Source of the DNA: an uncultured Pseudomonadota bacterium
Lineage (GTDB): Bacteria > Oederibacteriota > Muellerivitia > Muellerivitales > Muellerivitaceae
DNA: 64,000 nt
Direction: 5' to 3'
NCBI GenBank assembly: GCA_963836235.1
Contig: CAWIIP010000002.1
Coordinates: 1,408,001-1,472,000 of the forward strand
Positions 22,163-31,844 of the stretch are shown here, one piece after another. Under the pieces are notes generated by a model. The model worked only from the letters and a program-made list of their open reading frames with translations. It ran no database searches and had not been told where the DNA came from. The position numbers and the translations under genes were made by a program. The stretch's first letter is position 1. Each line of letters starts with the position of its first letter.

Positions 22163-23434
22163 TTATTCAGCCAAACCCATGGAAATCTTATGCAGGAATT
22201 CGGTGTTGATATCCGTGCAAAGAATAAAGGTCTTTTTCTTCTCCATATTCCGGAATAACCGGGCGAAAGTAATGCAGATATTACCGGTAGCCAGCGATAG
22301 GTAGGGCTCGGTAATGAAAATCGTTTTGCGCAGCCCCCCATCGACCAACATGTAAAAATAATCCTTCATGGTATGGTCCTCCCCCTTGGCGGCGGGCCGG
22401 AACATATGGCTGTGGCGGCGAAGTTTCACGGCGTTTCCCAAAACCGTTTCCGTCACTTGGACACCCTTCTCGTCCAAAACATAAAGACATTCCACCAAGG
22501 GGAAATAGTGGAACATCTCGCGGATTTTCTCGTCGAAATCTTGCTCCGGAATTTTGGACAGCTCAATCTGGACTTCCCGGGTCATCACCTCGTATTTATT
22601 CAAGTTGAATTGCTTGATGTCTATTTTCTTGAAAAGAACTTCTTTATATTTCTGGCTAATATCCCCGATACGTGCTCCCACCGCCCTTTCATCAACCTCG
22701 CCCAAGCGCCGGGGCTTCGAAAAAAAGTAACCTTGGATCATATCCACGCCTAGATCCATTACCATCAGGGCTTCTTCCTCGGTTTCGATACCCTCGGCCA
22801 GGGTCAAGGCCCCGAGCTTATGCGATAGCCCCACCAGGGACTTGAAGACTTCCTGCTTGTAAAAATCCTCATGGATGTTTTGAACCAGGTAACGGTCCAC
22901 CTTCAGGATATCAGGCTTCAAGAGCGGTATCCGGTTCAAATTGGAGTGACCCGCCCCCACATCGTCCAGGGCGATCAGGAATCCGTAGTCCCGGTAGGTC
23001 TGGATGAACTTCTGCAGTTGGCCCATGTTCTTCACGTTGGATTCGATGATCTCCAGCGCGATGAGGGAGGGCTTGAGGCCCGCGGCCTCCACCTGGCGGT
23101 TGAGAACCCCCGATCCCACGACCCCCTGGTCGATGATGGAAGCCTCAAAATTTAGGGACAGAAAGCTGTCGGATTTCGTGCCCGCCACCGCGGCGAAACT
23201 TTCCAGGACCTTCTTGCGGCAAAGCCGGTCCAGCTCCAGGGTTTCCCCCGACTCGGCAGCTTGGGAAAAAAGCTCGAGGGGTGGGATGAGGGCCCCGCTG
23301 GCAGGATGAAGCCCTCGGATAAGGCCTTCGTAACCCGAAATGGTTTTTTTTCTCAGGGACACGATCGGCTGGAAATGGGCTTCGAGGGATTCTCCTGAAA
23401 AAATTTCATGTAAGTCGAATTCGGCGGTTGGCAT
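22163..23434 (-). CDS. EAL-domain c-di-GMP phosphodiesterase with YkuI-type C-terminal domain
   Basis: HFQPIV, YEGLIR, IALDDVGAGHSNL, KVDR, AEGIET, IQGYFFSKP; C-terminal EPYLSLATGNICIT; ATG at 23434 fits the RBS and promoter. Confidence 0.9.
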   Translation of the reverse strand: MPTAEFDLHEIFSGESLEAHFQPIVSLRKKTISGYEGLIRGLHPASGALIPPLELFSQAAESGETLELDRLCRKKVLESFAAVAGTKSDSFLSLNFEASIIDQGVVGSGVLNRQVEAAGLKPSLIALEIIESNVKNMGQLQKFIQTYRDYGFLIALDDVGAGHSNLNRIPLLKPDILKVDRYLVQNIHEDFYKQEVFKSLVGLSHKLGALTLAEGIETEEEALMVMDLGVDMIQGYFFSKPRRLGEVDERAVGARIGDISQKYKEVLFKKIDIKQFNLNKYEVMTREVQIELSKIPEQDFDEKIREMFHYFPLVECLYVLDEKGVQVTETVLGNAVKLRRHSHMFRPAAKGEDHTMKDYFYMLVDGGLRKTIFITEPYLSLATGNICITFARLFRNMEKKKTFILCTDINTEFLHKISMGLAE

Positions 23435-23489
23435 GGTCTTTCCTTGGGCGGCGTTGGTCTTGAACGACAAAGAAATCATCTTTCTTTAA

Positions 23490-23504
23490 TCAATAACCAT
23501 GCCA
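23490..23504 (-). promoter_or_regulatory. sigma54-type -24/-12 promoter (variant) for the EAL gene
   Basis: TGGCAT-GGTTA-TTGA on the minus strand (GG-N10-GA). Confidence 0.5.
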
Positions 23505-23690
23505 GGAAATCTCGCTTTTCGGAAAGGGGGGAATCCTTTATTTAATGTCTGATTTCGGTGGAAAAAAAGTAAAACCCCGACAAGCAAGAAAGATAAGCGA
23601 CAATAACGTTGACCCGGCTTTCTTTTTTGTAACGGGTGTCAGTGATTAGGCAAAATTTGGGACGGATCCTTGTCGATAAAAAAACCTTAA

Positions 23691-24725
23691 CTAGGTTCGT
23701 AGGGATCCGGAAGACTGGCGCACGATTAACTGGGAGGGAATTAAAATCTGACGCGGTTTCCAATCGTCGGGATTCTTTATTTTGTCGATCAGCACCTTAG
23801 TGGCTTCCACGCTGACTTGGTGATAGTCCTGCTGGATGGTGGTAAGGGAATAGGGAGGCGTGCCCACTTCAGGAATATCGTCGAATCCCACTAAAGCCAT
23901 GTCGGTTCCGACCTTGAGTCCCTTTTTCTCCAACATGTCCCAGGCGCCTAAGGCCATTAAATCGTTGGAGGCAAAAACCGCGCTTGGCCTTTCGGGCAAT
24001 TCCAACAGCTTTTGGATGCCTTCCTCCCCGGATTTCCTCAAAAAATTTCCCTCAAAAATATATTCCGTCGGAACAGCCAGTCCGTGTTTTTGCATGGCCT
24101 GTTGGAAACCCTGGAGGCGGTCCGCCGCGTTGCGTGAGTACTGGACTGGGCCCGAAATGTAGGCGATTTTTCGATGGCCTAGCTTCACCAAATGATCCAC
24201 GACTTGGCTTGCGGCTTGAGCGTTATCGGTATCGACAAAATCGACACCAGGATCATCGGTGCGGTAGCCGACTAAAACGATGGGTATCCGGTTATCCAGC
24301 ATATGCAGAACGTCTTTTTCCGCTAAATAGGGCGAAACCATTAAAACGCCGTCCACCGCGTTTTGAAAAACCTTCCGGTAAACCAATTGCGGCGCGAAGA
24401 CGCCGGCAATCGTGTTCACCAAAAGGCCGTATTGATGCTCATCCAACACTTCGTTGATGCCGTTCAATAACTTCGTGTACCAATCGCTTTGGATGTTGAA
24501 CTGGCGGCCCGCCCAGGAAAAAAAGACTTCGATAATGACCGTTTGGGTTTGTTTCACCACCAAATTGCGCGCGACGGGATTAGGCTTGAAGTTCATCTCT
24601 TTGATGACGGCCAAAACGGCTTCCCGGGTTTTTTCCAATACATTGGGATTCTTGTTCAGGACTCGCGAAACTGTTGAAATCGAAACTCCCGCTTTTTTGG
24701 CGACGTCATAAATCGTAATGGCCAA
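23691..24725 (-). CDS. LacI family transcriptional regulator
   Basis: TIYDVAKKAGVSISTVSRVLN HTH; PBP-like domain with GFDD and LTTI. Confidence 0.95.
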   Translation of the reverse strand: MAITIYDVAKKAGVSISTVSRVLNKNPNVLEKTREAVLAVIKEMNFKPNPVARNLVVKQTQTVIIEVFFSWAGRQFNIQSDWYTKLLNGINEVLDEHQYGLLVNTIAGVFAPQLVYRKVFQNAVDGVLMVSPYLAEKDVLHMLDNRIPIVLVGYRTDDPGVDFVDTDNAQAASQVVDHLVKLGHRKIAYISGPVQYSRNAADRLQGFQQAMQKHGLAVPTEYIFEGNFLRKSGEEGIQKLLELPERPSAVFASNDLMALGAWDMLEKKGLKVGTDMALVGFDDIPEVGTPPYSLTTIQQDYHQVSVEATKVLIDKIKNPDDWKPRQILIPSQLIVRQSSGSLRT

Positions 24726-24977
24726 ATCCGGTCCCCTTTGTCTTGTGATTGTTTTTCTTGAGCGTTCGGCGCGTTTAAATCGTCTTCCCTGATCCCTTAA
24801 GTCTTCATGAAAATAATGGAATTAAACTTTTTGGGGAATAGGCGGGATGCTTAAAAAATTATAACCTAATTCAAGGATAAAATCATGGGCTATGGCGCGG
24901 GCCATTACCCCGACTCGGCCATGTCAGCCCAGGAAAAAATAAGTTTCAGATTTTTAAAGGGAAATAAAAAGAACGGC

Positions 24978-27900
24978 TTACCGCTGAATGATAATTTTGG
25001 TGGTTTGTTTCTGCACGAAGGTGCCGTTGAGATCGTTCAAGTTCACCACCACGATGTAAAGGCCGCTGGATAATCCCGACAGGTTCAGGTCCACTTCGTT
25101 CGTCCCTGGGGTTCCCGTGACCGGCTTCTTCACCAATTCTCCCGCCACGTCATACACACTCGCCGTCAACGTCATGTCCGTCGTCGATTCCACCTTCACC
25201 TTCGTCGTGTCCGTCCCCTTCAGGATGTTCGGCGCCGCGTACACGTTCCCGTTCGTCACCGGGCTGTTCCCTCTCTGCACAATCACGCTCTTTGATACCA
25301 CTTCCTCCCCACCGCTCCCATTCGTCCAGTTCACCGATATCTCATATACCCCGTTCGTCACGATCGACCCGTTATCACTCGTTCCATCCCACACCACCGA
25401 CGTCCCATTGAACGTAATCGTCACTGAATTGTCCCCGCCCGGCGTCGGCGTCCCAACCCTCGGCGCGATCATCCCCGTCGATAACGCCACCTCCCCCAAG
25501 GACACGTTCCCAGGGTCATCCGCGTAGCTATACAAATGCTTCACCACTTCTCCCGCCTCGTTGTACACATCCACCACCACCTGCGCGATCGACCGGCTCA
25601 CCGTCACCGTCTGCGATACGTTCGTCACCACTCCGCTCGGGTCCGTGCTCGTCACATTCACGTAATAAGTACCGTTACTCACCGGCGTCCCCGACTGGTT
25701 CGTCCCATCCCACGACGCGATCACCACCCCGCCCACCATCACATACGTCTTCCCTTCCAGGCTCGTGATCGTCGCTCCCGTCAGCGTGAAGCTCTTCACT
25801 TCCTGCGACAGCTCCTGCACCCAGATATCCTTCACCAGCTCTCCCGCCTCATTATACACCGCCACTTCCACCTTATAAATCGCCGCCACCGTGATACTCA
25901 CCGACGCCTTCTGCGGCACCGGGTTACCCGCGTAGGTCAATTGCGCGTTGTTCGTCAATACCGTGCCGCCCGGCAACAGATTACCCACTATTGCCTGGTA
26001 CGTCAGCGTCACCGCTCCCACCGGCAAGCTCGGGAAAGTCCAGCTCAAGTTATTTCCCACCGCGCTCGTCACTCCACCCGGCGGGACCAACGCGAAGCTC
26101 GCGAAAGTCATATTCGCCGGCAGTTGGTCGCTCACCGTCACCGAACTGGCCGCCGCCTCCACCACGTTCAAGATCAGGCTATAAGTCACCAAATCCCCCG
26201 ATTGGGCCACCGTTTCCGAGGTTTTCTTCACGATGCTCACTCCTGGCGTTGGTGTGAAGGTAAAGGTCGGCGTCGGGGTGTAGCTATAGGTATAGGTAGA
26301 CGTAAAGGTATAGGTCGACGTCGGGGTCGAGCTTGCCGTCGCCGTCGCTGTGTTCGTCGCCGTATTCGTCGGCGTCCGTGTATCCGTCACTGTCGGGGTG
26401 TTCGTGGCCGTGTGAGTATTGGATGGAGTGAAAGTAACGGTAGGTGTATGGGTGTTTGTGAACGTAAAGGTATCCGTTGGCGTGTGTGTCGCCGTCGGGG
26501 TATTGGTCACCGTGTTGGTATTGGTAGGAGTCCTTGTATCGGTGAGAGTGAAGCTATTCGTTGGGGTAAAGCTAGCCGTAGGGGTGTCCGTGGGCGTGAA
26601 ACTATTTGTCGGAGTCCTCGTATCGGTAAGAGTAAAGCTATTGGTTGCCGTAAATGTATCAGTCGGAGTGTTGGTTGCGGTTGGAGTATTCGTGTTCGTG
26701 TAAGTATTGGTAGGGGTTTTCGTATTCGTAAGTGTAAAGCTATTGGTGGGCGTAAAACTGTCCGTGGGTGTATTAGTGGCGGTCGCCGTATTGGTAATGG
26801 TGTTGGTGTTGGTCGGAGTTTTTGTATTCGTGAGTGTGAAGCTATTAGTAACCGTAAATGTATCCGTGGAGGTGTTGGTTGAGGTAGGAGTATTAGTGAT
26901 CGTATAAGTATTCGTGGGAGTTTTCGTATTCGTAAGAGTAAAGCTATTCGTAGGCGTAAAGCTGTTAGTAGGGGTATTAGTCGCCACAGGTGTATTCGTT
27001 ATCGTGTAAGTATTGGTAGGGGTTTTCGTATCCGTAAGAGTAAAGCTATCGGTGGGTGAAAAGCTGTTGGTAGGGGTGTTAGTTGCCACAGGTGTATTCG
27101 TTAGTGTGTAAGTGTTTGTGGGAGTCCTCGTATCAGTAAGAGTGAAGCTATTAGTGGCTGTAAAAGTATTAGTCGAGGTGTTGGTGGCCGTCGAGGTATT
27201 TGTAATGGTGTAGGTGTTGGTGGATGTTTTTGTATTCGACGGAGTAAATGTGTTGGTGGCCGTTGAGGTATCGGTTGCTGTCGAAGTCAAAGTCCTAGTA
27301 TTGGTAACCGTAAAGGTATCAGTTGTGGTAACCGTTGAAGTAGCCGTATGAGTCGCCACCGGAGTCGCCGTGGCGATAGCCGTGTTGGTTGCGACAGCAG
27401 TGGAGGTAGGAGGAACTGTTGGCGGTCCGGCCGTTGCCACGGCAGTACTAGTCGCGACAGCGGTCGCGGTAGGCGGCACGGTTGGAGGTACAGCAGTGGC
27501 CACGGCGGTGCTGGTGGCAACTATCACGGTAGCCGTAGCGGTAGGCGGCACGGCGGTAGCAACGGCAGTGGCTGTGGGGACGGACGTAGGGGTAGATGTG
27601 GGGATTGCTGTAGCCGTGGCAACTGCGGTTGCGGTGGCCGTATGGGGTACGGCCGTGGCGGTCGCGGTCGCAACAGCCGTAGCGGTTGAAGTGCTAGTCG
27701 GAACTGATGTTGAGGTATTAGTAACGGTTGAAGTAGTCGTTTTGGTCGAAGTTGCCGTCGCCGTTGTGGTATTGGTATTCGTTGAGGTGGAGGTATTGGA
27801 CGAAGTCGCTGTGGAAGTAACTGAAAAAGTTGAGGTCGTCGTGGCCGTGACCGTGGCAGTGGAAGTTTTAGTCGAAGTGGGAGTTGGAGGGGGAGTGTTG

Positions 27901-29057
27901 GTGTGGGTCGGAGTGGGGGTATTCGTAGGGGTGGGGGTAGTGCATTTGGCATTACAGCCGGCCGCCAGCATGTTTACCCAATATTCTTGTTTATTCGTGG
28001 TGATCGGATCTCCCAAACCCCAAGTGATCTTATTGGTTCCCGATGTCGGAACACCGGTGTAGGTTTGGTCAAAAGCCGTCGGCTGGCCGCAAGTTCCCAA
28101 GGCGGTGCAATTACTCCATTCGCTCGCTTTGGTCGATTGCACCGCGGTCCCACCCGAAGTTGTTCCGTAAAAGTCATCCGTAAAGGGCGGGGTCTGACTG
28201 CTATTGAGCCCATATTGGCTGCCTCCAAAAACGGAAAAATTGTTTGTCCCGCAACTGGAGGTGGGATCCGTGCAACTCCAATCAACCGTCGGAGCATAAG
28301 GGCTGACTCCCTCTCGAAACGCCCCTTCTCCCGTATCCCAATAAAAGAGTCCGTCATCCAATGCCACCGCCCCGCAGACACCGGTGGCCGGAACCGTGTA
28401 GACGATCACCAGGGAAGCCGACCAGGCCGTGTTGGAACCAATGTTGGGATAAGTCACCGTGTAACTGTTCGTGTTCAAGGAAACATCACTGGTAACGTTG
28501 TAGCGGATATTGTAGGCCGTTTGGTCCGGATAGCTGGAAATACCATACCCTTCCCTCGGATCGTCAAAAACATTCCAGAGATTTCCGATTCCCGTCATTG
28601 TTCCCGCGGAGGTCGTTTTGCCTCCCAATACCACCGCGCCCGTGGAAGGGCTGGGAGTGCCGCTGGTGTTGTATTCCACTACGTCCAAGAAAGCCGCCAC
28701 GATGGTGGCTCCCGTGGGGGGTGAACACTGCATGGTGATTACTTGGGGAGAAGCGCTTGCCCCAGCCGTACTACCACCACAATAAAGAACCGACACACCC
28801 GAAGCCCCATAGCTATAAAATTGGTTGATGGCCTCGGTGCTGGCGGCAGAACTGGAGGTGGTGCAATTGTCCGAAGAGGAGCCTTGGGTGAAAGTACAGG
28901 CTCCACCGGAATTCGCATTCCAAGCGCATTGGGAATAAGAAGAGATTGGGAGGAAAAAAACAATGGCAAGTAATGAGAAAAAAGGCAAGTAGAGAGAGCG
29001 CCAACCAATATGGCCTTTTGGCAATTTAAGCCAGTTCATTTTTTTGAAAGCTCCCAC
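24978..29057 (-). CDS. Large secreted protein: Cys-rich DUF3344-like N-domain, ~570-aa Thr-rich stalk, DUF11, two FlgD-Ig-like domains, T9SS-CTD-like tail
   Basis: Signal peptide; [24 protein letters not shown]; TxT repeats; [21 protein letters not shown]; VYNEAGE..WDGT..V.NG.Y twice; final [26 protein letters not shown]. Confidence 0.8.
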   Translation of the reverse strand: MGAFKKMNWLKLPKGHIGWRSLYLPFFSLLAIVFFLPISSYSQCAWNANSGGACTFTQGSSSDNCTTSSSAASTEAINQFYSYGASGVSVLYCGGSTAGASASPQVITMQCSPPTGATIVAAFLDVVEYNTSGTPSPSTGAVVLGGKTTSAGTMTGIGNLWNVFDDPREGYGISSYPDQTAYNIRYNVTSDVSLNTNSYTVTYPNIGSNTAWSASLVIVYTVPATGVCGAVALDDGLFYWDTGEGAFREGVSPYAPTVDWSCTDPTSSCGTNNFSVFGGSQYGLNSSQTPPFTDDFYGTTSGGTAVQSTKASEWSNCTALGTCGQPTAFDQTYTGVPTSGTNKITWGLGDPITTNKQEYWVNMLAAGCNAKCTTPTPTNTPTPTHTNTPPPTPTSTKTSTATVTATTTSTFSVTSTATSSNTSTSTNTNTTTATATSTKTTTSTVTNTSTSVPTSTSTATAVATATATAVPHTATATAVATATAIPTSTPTSVPTATAVATAVPPTATATVIVATSTAVATAVPPTVPPTATAVATSTAVATAGPPTVPPTSTAVATNTAIATATPVATHTATSTVTTTDTFTVTNTRTLTSTATDTSTATNTFTPSNTKTSTNTYTITNTSTATNTSTNTFTATNSFTLTDTRTPTNTYTLTNTPVATNTPTNSFSPTDSFTLTDTKTPTNTYTITNTPVATNTPTNSFTPTNSFTLTNTKTPTNTYTITNTPTSTNTSTDTFTVTNSFTLTNTKTPTNTNTITNTATATNTPTDSFTPTNSFTLTNTKTPTNTYTNTNTPTATNTPTDTFTATNSFTLTDTRTPTNSFTPTDTPTASFTPTNSFTLTDTRTPTNTNTVTNTPTATHTPTDTFTFTNTHTPTVTFTPSNTHTATNTPTVTDTRTPTNTATNTATATASSTPTSTYTFTSTYTYSYTPTPTFTFTPTPGVSIVKKTSETVAQSGDLVTYSLILNVVEAAASSVTVSDQLPANMTFASFALVPPGGVTSAVGNNLSWTFPSLPVGAVTLTYQAIVGNLLPGGTVLTNNAQLTYAGNPVPQKASVSITVAAIYKVEVAVYNEAGELVKDIWVQELSQEVKSFTLTGATITSLEGKTYVMVGGVVIASWDGTNQSGTPVSNGTYYVNVTSTDPSGVVTNVSQTVTVSRSIAQVVVDVYNEAGEVVKHLYSYADDPGNVSLGEVALSTGMIAPRVGTPTPGGDNSVTITFNGTSVVWDGTSDNGSIVTNGVYEISVNWTNGSGGEEVVSKSVIVQRGNSPVTNGNVYAAPNILKGTDTTKVKVESTTDMTLTASVYDVAGELVKKPVTGTPGTNEVDLNLSGLSSGLYIVVVNLNDLNGTFVQKQTTKIIIQR
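26500..27220 (-). repeat. About 7 tandem 102-bp (34-aa) coding repeats
   Basis: Unit [34 protein letters not shown]; the T(N/D)SFTL codons recur about every 102 bp from ~27140 to ~26630, then one shorter unit. Confidence 0.85.
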
Positions 29058-29668
29058 ATAAATTGGCCAAAAAAATTTCTCTTGGCCCCAAACTCCTTAA
29101 AACGATTTTCATTTCGTTTCAGGAAATAACCTTGTTGATAATCATACTCGAAATTCAATTTTTATGAGTTTTTGAACCGGTTACTGTTTTTTTTGATTTA
29201 ACTTTAAAAGAGACATCAAATTAGGCGTTTCTCCCCGAATCACTTATTTAGTTTAATTTTTTATTTTTCAAGAACCACGCATACCCTCCAAATCTTGAAG
29301 ACCGGAAAAATTCAAACCAAAAGGCGAATAGCAACGGCGGGAAAACTTAATGAGAAGCTGATAACAAGACAGATGCGTTTTAGAAATACTTCGAGATTTT
29401 ATGGGATGACGGCTATTTTCAAGATCCGCCTGCCGATTTGAACAACTTTTCCAAACATAGGGTGCTCGCGAACTTTCTCGGGGAGTTAGCCGCGCGAACG
29501 ACTCACTTTCTCCTCATCCGATATTAAACTTGGGATAGATTTATTGGGATTATCCTCGTCTCAACGACTTGGGGCCGGGTTCGTTTTTCACAGGAGGCTA
29601 AAAAAGACCCAAATTCCGTCACAAAAGTCCCATTCCACCCAACTTATTTCGAGTTTTAATCCTTTTCC

Positions 29669-29683
29669 TGGCATGTGCTTTGC
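29669..29683 (+). promoter_or_regulatory. sigma54-type -24/-12 promoter
   Basis: TGGCAT-GTGCT-TTGC with exact GG-N10-GC spacing, 30 bp before the CDS at 29713. Confidence 0.7.
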
Positions 29684-29712
29684 CTTTTAATAGAAGGTAA
29701 GGAGAGGAATAC

Positions 29713-30267
29713 TTGAAAAAAATAATCTTTTTGGTTTTCTTCGGAATCTTGGCGGCTCCTATTTTTTCGGAAACTGACGGGAATGGTTCAAGAAAAGTCG
29801 CAAAGGTGGTTCAAAAATACCTACCCTTGCTTCAGCAATTAGCGGCGGAAAAATCCGTTGTTCAAGAAGTCCAGGGCCGTAATAACTCACCTCTTAGCCC
29901 CGAACAGGAAGAGAGAATTCAGGCCGAATGGGTCCAAATCGGCCACGCGAACAGTGAGAAACCTTTCCTTTACAACAGCGCCAGCCAGACGATCCGCGCT
30001 TATGAGTCCAAAATTCCATTCATGGTCAAGTGTTTCCTACTCGACGACCAAGGCAATGTGGTGGGCACCTCGCCCGAATGCAAGGATTTCATCCACGGCC
30101 AAATGGACAAATTCCTCAAATGTTACAACAAAGGATCGGGCCGGGTCTTCGTGAACCCCGCTGGCCTGGACGTTTCCACCAAGATTTATTCGGTCCAAGT
30201 GTCGGTGCCAGTTTGGGACGGTCCCAAAACCATCGGGGTGCTGGTCGCCACCCTTTCCCTGGAATAG
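29713..30267 (+). CDS. Stand-alone periplasmic Cache/PDC sensor-like protein
   Basis: Signal peptide; FLLDDQGNVVG..DF..GQMDKF; SVQVSVPVWDG..IGVL; RBS GAGGA, TTG start. Confidence 0.75.
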   Translation: MKKIIFLVFFGILAAPIFSETDGNGSRKVAKVVQKYLPLLQQLAAEKSVVQEVQGRNNSPLSPEQEERIQAEWVQIGHANSEKPFLYNSASQTIRAYESKIPFMVKCFLLDDQGNVVGTSPECKDFIHGQMDKFLKCYNKGSGRVFVNPAGLDVSTKIYSVQVSVPVWDGPKTIGVLVATLSLE

Positions 30268-30276
30268 GAAATCCGA

Positions 30277-31773
30277 ATGGCACCCTGGGCGAACTTAAAA
30301 TTGAAGGACCGGCTTATTTTCAGCGTGGCGGTGATGGCCGTCTCCATGGTTCTGATCGTCGGCCTGGGCTATCACCTTTCGTCCAAAGCCTATGAAACTC
30401 TCAACGGGGTCTACGAAAAGACAAACGTGAAGACCATCGCGGGCGTGGGGCTGTCGGACGCTTACTCCAAGGATTTGGTAACCCTGGTTTACAAACTGTC
30501 CTCGGGGGCTTATCCCTGGGAAGTCGGTTTGGGGCGCTTGTCGGAAATCGAGGATGAGATCCGGACGAATCTCCAGACGCTTCACCAAGCGGCCTTGGAT
30601 GAGGATGAAAAATATTTACTGCGGGACATCGAGGCCAAGACGGTGGTGGCCAACGCTTTCCTGGCGCGGTTGAAACCGGTTCTTCAAAAACACGATGGAA
30701 CCACCTTGCGGGCCCTAGACCGTGCGTTATACCCCTCGGTTGAGCCGGTCAGCTATCGGGTTCAACTTTTGTTGAATTATGAGTTGGGGCTTTCCAAACA
30801 ATTGGCCCAGGAAAACCAAGCGGCCTTTCACACCTCCTATTATGAATGGATGGGGTTTTGGACCTTCCTTTGCATTTTTACCCTTTCCCTCTTGGTCGCC
30901 AGGCACCTGCAGCGGACCGTCTCCACTCCCTTGAGCCATCTGGTGGGAAGGATGCGGGATATCGCGCGGGGCGAGGGGGATATGACTCAAAGACTTCAGG
31001 TGCAAAGCCAGGATGAGATGGGGCAGGTGGCAGAAGCCTTTAATACTTTCGTCGAAAAACTGCAGACCGTCTCGGATATGAAACTGGACCTGATTTCAGT
31101 GGTATCCCATCAATTGAAAACACCGGTGGCCGAAATCAACGGTTTCATTGAGAACATGTTGGAAGGCCTGGCGGGTGAAATGACCGACAAGCAAAAACAA
31201 TACCTGGAGGAGATGCGGGACATCGGCTGGGATAACTACCGTCTTATCTGTGACTTATTAAGCGCGTCGAAGATCGAGAGGGGCGTCATCACGGTGGATT
31301 TGAAGCGGGTTTCCCTCCGGGAAGTGGTGGAACTTTCGACAAGGGATTACGAAAAATTAGCCCGTCAAAAGGGCTTAAGCTTTTTGGTGGAAGACCCGGG
31401 GCAGGATATTTGGGTTCACGCGGACCGGGACAAGACAGTGGAAGCGCTAAGGAACCTCATCAACAACGCCATCAAATGCACGGACCAGGGATCGGTGACA
31501 GTTCGCTTGGATTCGGAAGAGGCCAATGGCCTCATACAGGTGCGGGACACCGGCATCGGGATGGATCCCGCAACCCTGGACAGATTATTCACCAAAGGCC
31601 GGATGCTAGGTCAAGAGGCGCACCGGTCGGGAGCGGGCTTGGGTCTTTTCATCGGCAAACAGTTCATGAAACTGCAGAACGGGGACATAAGGGCGGCCTC
31701 GGAACCGGGTAAGGGAAGCTGTTTGACCCTTGTCATTCCTAAGTTTAAGCAAAGCGAAGAAGGAACGGTCTGA
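30277..31773 (+). CDS. Membrane sensor histidine kinase (4-helix sensor, HAMP, HisKA, HATPase)
   Basis: GEGDMTQRL..DEMGQVAEAFN HAMP; SHQLKTP; NLINNAIK; DTGIG; GAGLGL. Confidence 0.92.
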   Translation: MAPWANLKLKDRLIFSVAVMAVSMVLIVGLGYHLSSKAYETLNGVYEKTNVKTIAGVGLSDAYSKDLVTLVYKLSSGAYPWEVGLGRLSEIEDEIRTNLQTLHQAALDEDEKYLLRDIEAKTVVANAFLARLKPVLQKHDGTTLRALDRALYPSVEPVSYRVQLLLNYELGLSKQLAQENQAAFHTSYYEWMGFWTFLCIFTLSLLVARHLQRTVSTPLSHLVGRMRDIARGEGDMTQRLQVQSQDEMGQVAEAFNTFVEKLQTVSDMKLDLISVVSHQLKTPVAEINGFIENMLEGLAGEMTDKQKQYLEEMRDIGWDNYRLICDLLSASKIERGVITVDLKRVSLREVVELSTRDYEKLARQKGLSFLVEDPGQDIWVHADRDKTVEALRNLINNAIKCTDQGSVTVRLDSEEANGLIQVRDTGIGMDPATLDRLFTKGRMLGQEAHRSGAGLGLFIGKQFMKLQNGDIRAASEPGKGSCLTLVIPKFKQSEEGTV

Positions 31774-31844
31774 GACGGGAATAAGGATTAAAGACAAAAA
31801 CATTTCCATTCAAACCGGAAACACAAAAAAACCTCCACAGGTCT

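Noticed and set aside
26500-27220. 102-bp periodic repeats as a CRISPR array or DGR template/variable repeats
   Set aside because: In-frame coding repeats with no constant-repeat/unique-spacer pattern; no cas or reverse transcriptase gene in the window
25117-28724. Long plus-strand ORFs (for example 25536-26882, 27370-28062, 27903-28724)
   Set aside because: Antisense shadows of the repetitive, codon-biased secreted protein gene; low-complexity His/Arg or Val/Ala translations with no motifs
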